Shown here one piece after another: positions 56,439 to 64,000 of a stretch of DNA of 64,000 nucleotides. The stretch is taken from positions 4,832,001 to 4,896,000 of the forward strand of contig OZ245002.1 of assembly GCA_965223415.1 (NCBI GenBank), in the 5' to 3' direction. Under the pieces are notes generated by a model. That model ran no database searches. It saw only the letters and a list, made by a program, of their open reading frames with translations, and had not been told where the DNA came from. Source of the DNA: Myxococcota bacterium. GTDB taxonomy: Bacteria; Myxococcota_A; UBA9160; UBA6930. A program made the position numbers and the translations under genes. Numbering within the stretch: position 1 is the stretch's first letter; each line of letters starts with the position of its first letter.

Positions 56439-57689
56439 ATGTCCGCGGCCATGGAGCCGGGGGCGGCGCGAGCGGTGGTCTTCCTCACGTCGAACGGTGT
56501 GGGGAACGCCTGGGTTCCGGACCAGGTCCTCGGCCTGCGCGCGCGCGGCGTCCCCGTCGAGCTCCACGCCCTGCACGCCGCGGAGCAGGACTTCCACGGC
56601 TCGGAGCGCATCGAGGCGCTGCGCGCCGAGACGCACCGCGTGTATCCCGTCGCATGGGCGGCGGTGGTCCGGGACCTGCTGCTCGCGCCCTTCCGCTTCC
56701 GCGGGCGCCTGCTCGGCGCCCTCGCCTCCGCCCTGCGTCCCGGTGAGCCGACCGCGCCGACGGATCGCCTGCGCCTCCTCGTCCAGCTGGCCGTCGCCGT
56801 GTCCTGGGCTTCGGGCCCGGGCGCACGAGCCGCCCACGTGCACGCGGACATGGCGCACTCCCCGGCCAGCGTCGGCATGCTGGTCGCCCAGCTCATGGGC
56901 GTGGGCTTCAGCTTCACGGGACACGCCAACGACCTGTTCGAGCGCCGCGTGGCCCTGCGGCGCAAGCTCGCCCGAGCGAACTTCGTGCACTGCATCTCCC
57001 GCTTCCACCGCGACCTCTACCTCCGTGAAGGCGGTCGGCCCGAGCAGATGGAGCTCGTCTACCTGGGGACCGAGGTGGCGCGATTCGCCCGGGTCGCCCC
57101 GTTCGAGCCCGCGCCGGGCACGGCACCGGTGGTGCTGGCCGCCGGCCGTCTCGTTCCCAAGAAGGGCTTCGACGTCCTCCTCGAGGCCTGCGCCCTGCTC
57201 CGCGGGCGCGACGTCCCGTTCCGGCTCCTGATCGCCGGCTCGGGCCCGGAGCGGGACCGCCTGCGCACGCGCGCCGCGGCTCCGGACCTGGCGGGGGTGG
57301 CCGAGATCACGGGCGAGGCCCTGCTGCAGAGGGAGCTCCCGGCCTTCCTCGGCGCCGGCAGCGTCTTCTGCCTGCCCTGCGTGCGGTCGCCGGACGGCGA
57401 CATGGACGGCCTTCCCCTCGTGCTGGTCGAGGCGATGGCGGCCGGCCTACCCTGCGTCTCGACGCGTCTCGTGGGCATCCCCGACCTCATCGCCGACGGC
57501 GAGACCGGCCTGCTGGCGGAGCCCGACGACGCCAGTGGGCTCGCCGACCGACTCGAGGTGTTGCTCGGCGACGCCGAGCAACGACGGCGCCTGGGCGAAG
57601 CCGGTCGCCGAGCCGTGACCGCCGGCTTCGACCAGGCCCAGCTCCTCGATCGCCTCGCCGCCCTGTTCCGCGAACGCCTAGCGACCTAG
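56439..57689 (+). CDS. Glycosyltransferase family 4
   Basis: HVHAD, FSFTGHAND, GRLVPKKGF, DGLPLVLVEAMAAGLP, GIPDLIADGETG. Confidence 0.92.
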   Translation: MSAAMEPGAARAVVFLTSNGVGNAWVPDQVLGLRARGVPVELHALHAAEQDFHGSERIEALRAETHRVYPVAWAAVVRDLLLAPFRFRGRLLGALASALRPGEPTAPTDRLRLLVQLAVAVSWASGPGARAAHVHADMAHSPASVGMLVAQLMGVGFSFTGHANDLFERRVALRRKLARANFVHCISRFHRDLYLREGGRPEQMELVYLGTEVARFARVAPFEPAPGTAPVVLAAGRLVPKKGFDVLLEACALLRGRDVPFRLLIAGSGPERDRLRTRAAAPDLAGVAEITGEALLQRELPAFLGAGSVFCLPCVRSPDGDMDGLPLVLVEAMAAGLPCVSTRLVGIPDLIADGETGLLAEPDDASGLADRLEVLLGDAEQRRRLGEAGRRAVTAGFDQAQLLDRLAALFRERLAT

Positions 57690-59141
57690 TACGTCTCGCC
57701 ACTCCCCCCGGAGCAGGAGGGCCGCCATGAGGCCCCAGCTGAGCCCCGAGGCCCCGAGGGCCGCGAGCAGCTGCATCCAAGCAGGAGAGCCCGCATCGGC
57801 GACGAGGCGCGCCGCGCCGAGGCCCAGTGCCCCCGCTGCCGCCAACGCCGCGGTCGCCAGCAGGTCGCCCCGCAGACCGCGGAGCTGGAACTGGCGGGTC
57901 GCCCAGACGGCCACCCCGTAGCGCACCACGTCGGCGCACACGAGCGCGACGATCAGGCCCTGCAGACCGCCGAGCCGATAGCCGGCCGCGAGGAACGCCA
58001 CCAGGGCGGCGAGCTTCACGCCGTTGCTGAGCGCCATGAAGCGCGGCGCGCCGTGGGCCAGGAGCGCCGACTGGTGCGGGACCTGGACGACGTTGAACCA
58101 GGCCCGGATCGCGAGCAGCCCGAGCATCCAGCCGGCCTCCGCGTAGCGCGCGTCGTAGAGCGTGGCGATCAGCGGCTGGGCCGAGGCGCCCATGCACACC
58201 ACGACCAGGCCGCCCATCGCGAGCAGCGCCCGGCGGGTGCGCTGGAACACCGCCGCGAAGTCGTCACCGCGCTCCATGCTGCGGCTGAAGGCAGGGAAGG
58301 CCACCAGGGCGCCGAGCTTCGTCATCAGCTGGACGGGCAGGTGCGCGAACATGGCGGCGATGCTGTAGGCACCCAGCAGGTCCAGGGCGATGAGCTTGCC
58401 GAGCACCAGCCGATCCGTCTGGTCGGCGAGGAACGTGAGGAGCGTGCTCAGGAAGACCCATTTCCCGAAGCCGATCAGCTCCGAGAGCGCCGACCGGTCC
58501 CAGGCGGGGCGCGCGCGGTGCTCCGGCACCAGCCAGAAGCCCAGCGCCACCCGGGCGAGCTGTCCCGCCACGCCACCGATCACCAGCGCCCAGACCGTGG
58601 GCGACACCCACGCCCAGGCCACCATCGCCAGGGCCGGCGCCACCTGGCCGGCCAGCTCGATCGCCTCGAAGCGCGCCAGGGACATGTGCCGCTGGAGCCG
58701 GTAGACGCCGGTCGAGAAGAAGCCCTGCACCAGCAGCGCGAGCCCCGCCACCGGGAGCATGGCCCGCAGCTCCGGCAGCTCGTAGAAGGCGGCCACCGGC
58801 CAGGCGAAGGCGCAGACCAGGCCGAAGAGCGCGAGCCCGCGCAGGATCTGCACGCTGTAGGCCGTGTCGAGGAAGCGGGGATCGTCGCCGCGGGGGCTCT
58901 GGATGACGTTCAGGCTGAGCCCCAGGTCCGAGAACATGTGCACGCCGATCAGGAAGACGTTGACGATGGCCATCAGGCCGAACGCCTCGGGGAAGAGCAG
59001 GCGCGCCAGCACCAGGTTCGCGCCGAGGCGGATCGCCTGGCGCAGCAGGAAGCCGCCGGCGGTCCAGGCCGTGCCCGTCGCCGCGCGCGCGCGCAGCGAG
59101 CCCGGCGCGCCGCGAGTCCCCTCCCCCGTCTCCTCGCTCAC
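57678..59141 (-). CDS. Oligosaccharide flippase (Wzx family)
   Basis: LARLLFPEAFGLMA, FSDLG, FGKW..LST, DRLVLGK, GAYSIA; about 12 TMs. Confidence 0.92.
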   Translation of the reverse strand: MSEETGEGTRGAPGSLRARAATGTAWTAGGFLLRQAIRLGANLVLARLLFPEAFGLMAIVNVFLIGVHMFSDLGLSLNVIQSPRGDDPRFLDTAYSVQILRGLALFGLVCAFAWPVAAFYELPELRAMLPVAGLALLVQGFFSTGVYRLQRHMSLARFEAIELAGQVAPALAMVAWAWVSPTVWALVIGGVAGQLARVALGFWLVPEHRARPAWDRSALSELIGFGKWVFLSTLLTFLADQTDRLVLGKLIALDLLGAYSIAAMFAHLPVQLMTKLGALVAFPAFSRSMERGDDFAAVFQRTRRALLAMGGLVVVCMGASAQPLIATLYDARYAEAGWMLGLLAIRAWFNVVQVPHQSALLAHGAPRFMALSNGVKLAALVAFLAAGYRLGGLQGLIVALVCADVVRYGVAVWATRQFQLRGLRGDLLATAALAAAGALGLGAARLVADAGSPAWMQLLAALGASGLSWGLMAALLLRGEWRDVLGR

Positions 59142-59169
59142 GCCCGGGAGAGTAGCCGTCCGGCGGGCG

Positions 59170-60165
59170 TCACGAGCCGGTGGCCTGCTCCCAGCGGCTG
59201 CGCTGGCGGCCGCGCACGGTGCGCAGCAGCTTGTTGACCACCCGCCACTGGGGCCGTTCCGGGTTGACGATGGGCCCCTTCGCGGCGAGCCAGGCGTGCA
59301 CCTCCGGGCGCACGGCCTCGAAGTGGGCGAGGAAGGCCGGCCACTTCTCCGGCCACATGGACCCGCGGTAGTGGACGACCCTGGCCTTCTCCAGGATCCG
59401 GGGATCCGGGTGGGGAACCTCCGGCCGCATGGTCACGTTGTGGGTGCCCGGCAACGCCCGCCACTCGAGACCCGCGCGCAGCATCGCGAGCCCGAGCCCG
59501 ATCTGCTCGGAGTAGAAGACGCCGGCATCGGGGTGCCGCACGTCGCTGTCGAGGATCTCGACGATCACGTCGAAGTAGTGGCGACCGAGCCCCCGCCCCT
59601 TGCGGAACGCGAAGACACCGGAGTTGAAGTAGCAGCGGATGCGCTCGCCGGTCTCCTCGGTGGTGACCCAGGGCAGGTCGTCCAGCGACAGCCCCACCAG
59701 CTCGCAGATCGCCTTCCAGTAGCCGTCGTAGGGATCGGCGGGTCCGGAGGTGCCCGCGTTCTTCTCGTTGGGACAAGCGGCGAAGGCCTCGCCGGCCTCG
59801 AGCCGGACGGCGCCCGGCTCGCCGAGCACGAGCGTGTCGCTGTCCAGCCACACGATACAGTCGTGGCTCGCTTCGCGCTCGGCGACGAGGATCGCCTTCG
59901 GCTTGTTCATGAGGCCGAACCAGGCATAGCGAGGGTCGACCCGCTCCCGGATGTGCCGCACGCCGTGCGTGCGGAACACCGCGTGGGTCGATGGCAAGAG
60001 CGGACAGCCGCCCCGCGGCGTGACCGCCAGGATCTCCGCGTTCCGAAGCGCCCCGCCCCACGTCCGCAGGCTCTCGATCATCCGCACCGTCTGCGCCTCG
60101 AGGGGCCCGGACTCGACGCAGCACACGAAGCTCAGCGGGAAGGGCTCGTCCACGAGGCTCCTCAT
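59170..60165 (-). CDS. GT-A fold glycosyltransferase-like protein (GT8-like)
   Basis: NKP, VWLDSDT (DxD), YFNSGV, EQ, HN, VVHY; start uncertain. Confidence 0.7.
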   Translation of the reverse strand: MRSLVDEPFPLSFVCCVESGPLEAQTVRMIESLRTWGGALRNAEILAVTPRGGCPLLPSTHAVFRTHGVRHIRERVDPRYAWFGLMNKPKAILVAEREASHDCIVWLDSDTLVLGEPGAVRLEAGEAFAACPNEKNAGTSGPADPYDGYWKAICELVGLSLDDLPWVTTEETGERIRCYFNSGVFAFRKGRGLGRHYFDVIVEILDSDVRHPDAGVFYSEQIGLGLAMLRAGLEWRALPGTHNVTMRPEVPHPDPRILEKARVVHYRGSMWPEKWPAFLAHFEAVRPEVHAWLAAKGPIVNPERPQWRVVNKLLRTVRGRQRSRWEQATGS

Positions 60166-60364
60166 CGGCGATTGGCGGTGGGCGCTGAAGATGGCCCTCG
60201 CGAGCCGTGTCGGCATGCGAGGGAACGCTCGGTTCCTTGCGCGAGTCGACGGAGCGTAGCGGGGCCGGGGCCGACCGGCGGCCGTCCCGGGCGAAACCGG
60301 CGAGAGCGGCGCCCCCGCGCGAGACGTGGCACGCTCGGCTCCTCCCCCAACCGAGGAGCAAGCC

Positions 60365-61390
60365 ATGCGCGCCGCCCGCCTCGAAGCCGGCACCCTCCAG
60401 ATCCAGGACCTCCCCACCCCCGACCCCGGGCTCGAGGAGGCCCGGGTACGCATCCACGCCGCCGGCGTCTGTCACTCGGACCTCCACATCGTGCGCGGCG
60501 ACTGGGTCGGCGTGCCGGACACGATGCCCGTCGGGCACGAGGCGATCGGCACCGTCGAGGCCCTGGGCCCCGGCGCCGAGCGCTACATCGCCGTCGGCGA
60601 TCGCGTGATCCTCGGCCTCGGCGGCAGCGGCGGCGGCTACTGGTGCGGCGCCTGCGAGTACTGCCTCGGCGGCCAGCCCCGCCTGTGTGCCCAGACTCAG
60701 GGCATCATGGGCACCTTCTCCGAGCAGTTCTGCGTCTACGCCAAGTCCCTCGTGAAGCTCCCCGACAGCGTGGGCGACGAGGAGGCACCGCTCGCCTGCG
60801 GCGGCCTCACCGCCTACGGCGCCGTCAAGAAGCTCTGGCAACACCAGGTGCGCCCGGGCAGCCCCGTCGCCATCGTCGGCGCCGCGGGCGGCCTCGGTCA
60901 CTACGCGATCCAGATCGCCAAGGCCTTCGGCTACACCGTCGTGGGCGTCGACGTCGGCGAGGAGCGACTCAAATTCGTCGAGTCCCTGGGCGCCGATCTG
61001 GCCGTCAGCCCGGAGGACGCACCGGCCGCCGCCGAGAAGCTCGGCGGCGTCACCGCGAGCCTCGCCTTCACCGCGAAGATCGCAGGCTTCCAGCTCGGCC
61101 TGCAGCTCCTGCGCCGCAGCGGCCTGTTCGTCGCCGTCGGCATTCCGGCGACCAGCGAAGGCCCGCTCCAGATCAACCCCTTCGAGTTCTTCTACAAGGA
61201 CCCCACCCTGATCTACTCCGCCGTCGGCAACGTCCAGGACATGCGAGAGCTCGTCGACATGGCGGCATCCGGCCAGGTCAAGAGCCACATCGGCCGGGTT
61301 GCCAAGCTCTCGGAGCTGCCCGAGGTGTTCGACGACCTCGAGGCGGCTCGTTACGTGGGGCGCGCAGTGATCACGGACCTGGCGGGGTAG
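60365..61390 (+). CDS. Zinc-dependent alcohol dehydrogenase
   Basis: GVCHSDLH, GHE, CGACEYC, LACGGLTAY, GAAGGLGH; GAGGAG RBS. Confidence 0.93.
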   Translation: MRAARLEAGTLQIQDLPTPDPGLEEARVRIHAAGVCHSDLHIVRGDWVGVPDTMPVGHEAIGTVEALGPGAERYIAVGDRVILGLGGSGGGYWCGACEYCLGGQPRLCAQTQGIMGTFSEQFCVYAKSLVKLPDSVGDEEAPLACGGLTAYGAVKKLWQHQVRPGSPVAIVGAAGGLGHYAIQIAKAFGYTVVGVDVGEERLKFVESLGADLAVSPEDAPAAAEKLGGVTASLAFTAKIAGFQLGLQLLRRSGLFVAVGIPATSEGPLQINPFEFFYKDPTLIYSAVGNVQDMRELVDMAASGQVKSHIGRVAKLSELPEVFDDLEAARYVGRAVITDLAG

Positions 61391-61405
61391 CCAGGCGGGG
61401 CGATC

Positions 61406-62434
61406 TCACCCGGCGCCGAAGCGAAGCTCCAGCCGGTGGACGTACCGTTCTCCCGGCCGGAGCACCGGCGACGGCGCCCAGGGCTGGTTCGGCGCGTCGG
61501 GCAGGTGCCCCGGCTCCACGCAGAGGGCGGAGAACCGGTCGTGACGGCGGCCGCGGCCGCTCGCGGTGCCGTCGAGGAAGCCGCCCGTGTAGAGCTGCAC
61601 CCCGGTCATGTCGGACCCCACCTCCAGCCAGCGCCCGCTGCGCGGATGCTCGACCCGGGCGTGGCGGCGGAACCCCTCGCCGTCGGGCAGGAAGCAGTGG
61701 TCGTAGCCCGCGGGAAGGGCCGAGCCGATGCGGTCGCCGAGACGCGTCCCGGTGCGCAGGTCGAAGGCGGTTCCGTCGACCGGGATCGGAGGACCGGAGG
61801 GAAGCGCGGCCGCGTCCACCGGGAGGACACGGCTCGCCGGCAGGATCACGTGGTGGTCGGCGACCCCGGGCTCGGCGGGGCCGCCGAGGTTCCAGTAGGT
61901 GTGGTTCGTGAGCGAGACGACGGTGGGGGCATCGCTGGTCGCCTCGAAGCGGATGGACAGGGCTCCCGCGGTGAGCCGGTAGGTCACCTCCGTCTCGAGG
62001 CATCCCGGGAAGCCCATCTCGCCAGCCGGACTCGTCCGCCGGAAGCGCACGCCCCCCGTCACGGGCTCGGCGTCCCACACCACTTGATCGAATCCGACCG
62101 GCCCGCCGTGGAGCTGGTTCGGCCCTTCGTTCGCGTGGAGGCGGTGGACCCGACCGTCGATCGCCAGGCGGGCCCCGGCGATCCGGTTGGCATAGCGGCC
62201 GACCGTCACGCCGAGGTAGGGGTTGCGCTGCGGATCCTGGTGATCGGAGAGGGAGTCGAGGGCGAGGCACACGTCGGCCGGCTCGCCGCGGGCGTCCGGG
62301 ACGCGGACGAGATCGATGGCGGCACCGAGGTCGAGCAGGTCGACCGTCGCACCGCCGCCGTCGTCGAGTGAGTAGCGGTGCACGTCCGTCGGCCCTTGCA
62401 GGGCGTTGCCGGCCGTCGTGCCCACGTGCGTCAC
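61406..62434 (-). CDS. galM: Aldose 1-epimerase (galactose mutarotase)
   Basis: GRYANRI, LHGG, GFPG, LTNHTYWNL, YDHCF, QLYTG, CVE; start uncertain (could be 62536). Confidence 0.9.
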   Translation of the reverse strand: MTHVGTTAGNALQGPTDVHRYSLDDGGGATVDLLDLGAAIDLVRVPDARGEPADVCLALDSLSDHQDPQRNPYLGVTVGRYANRIAGARLAIDGRVHRLHANEGPNQLHGGPVGFDQVVWDAEPVTGGVRFRRTSPAGEMGFPGCLETEVTYRLTAGALSIRFEATSDAPTVVSLTNHTYWNLGGPAEPGVADHHVILPASRVLPVDAAALPSGPPIPVDGTAFDLRTGTRLGDRIGSALPAGYDHCFLPDGEGFRRHARVEHPRSGRWLEVGSDMTGVQLYTGGFLDGTASGRGRRHDRFSALCVEPGHLPDAPNQPWAPSPVLRPGERYVHRLELRFGAG

Positions 62435-62608
62435 GGGGTCCAAGGTGGGCCCCAGCGTACGGGAGGCCACGCTCCGGTTCACCTCCGCGCCGGCGCCGAG
62501 GCGGGTCGCCGCCGCAGCGCCGGTGGGATCCGTCACCGACGGCCGCGGCCGATCCGATAGCCTCCCCCCGATGACGGCTGGCGCCCGCCGCGCCGAAGAG
62601 GAGGATGC

Positions 62609-63124
62609 ATGAACGCCCTGGCCCGCCGCGGATGCACGATCCTGCTCGCTGCGACCCTGTCCCTGGTCCCGACCGCCAGCGGTGCCGAGGCCGAGGACGG
62701 GGCGGGGGAGGGGCATCATCCCCTGCACGTCTTCCTCTTCTACGTGCCGAATCGCATCTTCGACACCCTCGACGTGTTCCGGGCCCGGGTCCGCGTGGGC
62801 CCCGGCATCGCCGTCGGCGCCCGGGCCACCGAGGTGGCCGACGTCTTCCTGGGCACCTACACGACGCTCTACACCGGCATCCCCGGGCCGCGCGGGAAGC
62901 CGGTTCCGAGCCTGCCGATCGGCTTCGAGGCGAACCACGGCCTGGAGGTGAGCGTGGCCGACGCCTCGACCGGGCTCGGCTTCGCGCCCGAGTACGGCCT
63001 GCTCGAGGTCGGTGCCGGCGCCCAGGCGGTGCTGGTGGGCTTCGACCTGGGCGTCGACCCCCTCGAGCTGCTGGACCTGCTCGTGGGCATCGTCGGCCTC
63101 GACATCGTCGGCGACGACCTGTAG
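62609..63124 (+). CDS. Secreted/membrane hypothetical protein
   Basis: GAGGA RBS, signal peptide, Gly-rich amphipathic strands, host-like codon usage. Confidence 0.7.
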   Translation: MNALARRGCTILLAATLSLVPTASGAEAEDGAGEGHHPLHVFLFYVPNRIFDTLDVFRARVRVGPGIAVGARATEVADVFLGTYTTLYTGIPGPRGKPVPSLPIGFEANHGLEVSVADASTGLGFAPEYGLLEVGAGAQAVLVGFDLGVDPLELLDLLVGIVGLDIVGDDL

Positions 63125-63131
63125 GTCGGAG

Positions 63132-64000
63132 CTAGGCCGCCAGCAGGCGCTCCGCGTTGCCGCGCAGGATCGCGGCGCGGACGTCCGGGCTCCCCTCGGT
63201 GACGATCAGCACCTTCGCCAGCGTCGACGCGAGGTGGTAGAAGGGCCAGTCGGTCCCGAAGAGCATCCGCTCCCCGCCGGTCTGGCGGATCATCTCGTGG
63301 AGATGGGTCACGCCCTGGCCGTGGATCCCGAACCAGGCGTTCTCGTACCGCCGGCCCAGCTCGAGCATCCCGTCGCCGTCCCGCGCACCGGAGTGGCCGA
63401 GCACGAAGGGGAGCTTCGGGAAGGCCGCGAGTGCTCCTTCGTAGTGGCGCGGCAGGGCATAGCGATGGGAAGACTCCGGCTCGATGCCTGCGCGCCCCGC
63501 GTGGAAGAAGACCACCATCCCCAGCCGTTCGCACCCCTGGTAGAGCTCCATCATCTCGGGATCGTCGGGATAGAAGCGCTGCATGGGCGGATGCAGCTTG
63601 AGCACCCGGGCGCCGGCGGCGGCGTACCGCTCCAAAGCCGCGAGGCGATCGGGATCGCGCGGATGCACCGAGGCGCCCATCCGCAGGCGATCGCCCTTCC
63701 CGGCCCGCTCGATCGCGGCCCGCCAACGCTCGTTCAGGTCGTCGCCGAACGGAAAGCCGAACACGATGGGCAGGATCAGCGCCCGCTCGACGCGCGTGGC
63801 ATCCATCTCTGCGAGCAGGCTCGGGATCGTATGGGTGGCGGCCGCGCGGCTGCCCCACAGGCCTTGCGCCACGGCCCCCCAGCGCAGCTTTCGCAGCGCC
63901 GCCTCGCTGAAGTTGCCGTTCATGTAGATGTCGAGGTCGATCTCGCAAGGCGGCTCGCTGCCGTCACAATCCAGCAGGTGCTCGACCCGGGGCGGACGCG
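63132..64000 (-). CDS. Amidohydrolase_2 family protein, 5' end outside window
   Basis: ASVHP, LKLHPPMQ, FFHAG, VLGHSG, MLFGTDWPF, RGNAERLL; frame is open to the window edge. Confidence 0.9.
   Translation of the reverse strand, partial: RPPRVEHLLDCDGSEPPCEIDLDIYMNGNFSEAALRKLRWGAVAQGLWGSRAAATHTIPSLLAEMDATRVERALILPIVFGFPFGDDLNERWRAAIERAGKGDRLRMGASVHPRDPDRLAALERYAAAGARVLKLHPPMQRFYPDDPEMMELYQGCERLGMVVFFHAGRAGIEPESSHRYALPRHYEGALAAFPKLPFVLGHSGARDGDGMLELGRRYENAWFGIHGQGVTHLHEMIRQTGGERMLFGTDWPFYHLASTLAKVLIVTEGSPDVRAAILRGNAERLLAA

Noticed and set aside
58864..61911. Long alternative ORFs (e.g. 58864..61911 +, 21528..24413 +, 21667..24843 -, 52976..55942 +, 45394..48078 -)
   Set aside because: Stop-poor shadow frames expected at this GC content; they overlap motif-supported genes and lack recognisable domains

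Overview
Very GC-rich, gene-dense bacterial chromosomal window with about 58 plausible CDS. No rRNA, tRNA, CRISPR array or mobile element was recognised. Gene content suggests a Myxococcota/deltaproteobacterial-type organism (inference only). About 1-38 kb is a large cell-envelope glycan and protein-sorting locus of the PEP-CTERM/exosortase-EPS type. It holds Wza, a priming sugar transferase, an ExeA-like ATPase, a split Wzc, an exosortase-like gene plus EpsI, three GT-C membrane glycosyltransferases, several GT2/WecB enzymes, a sulfatase-like protein, an SGNH + carbamoyltransferase module, a PEP-CTERM protein and a CPBP protease. More GTs and a Wzx flippase lie at 42-45 kb and 56-60 kb. The best candidate for an undescribed system is the tightly coupled operon VTC polyphosphate polymerase - DUF4956 membrane protein - TPR protein - CotH kinase/beta-helix - secreted metallophosphoesterase (26871-20470, minus). 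I infer it makes and exports polyphosphate to drive extracytoplasmic phosphorylation. Other notable items: a cysteine-less pseudo-exosortase, a candidate Cys-containing C-terminal sorting signal (GGGCGLGPEL-TM-RR), an intact subclass B1 metallo-beta-lactamase, a squalene-cyclase homologue with DCDTTA instead of DXDDTA, a His-less Hpt-like protein, a palindrome-overlapped and probably leaderless arsM promoter, and two short tandem repeats at gene ends. All calls come from reading motifs by eye. No searches were run and many start codons are estimates.
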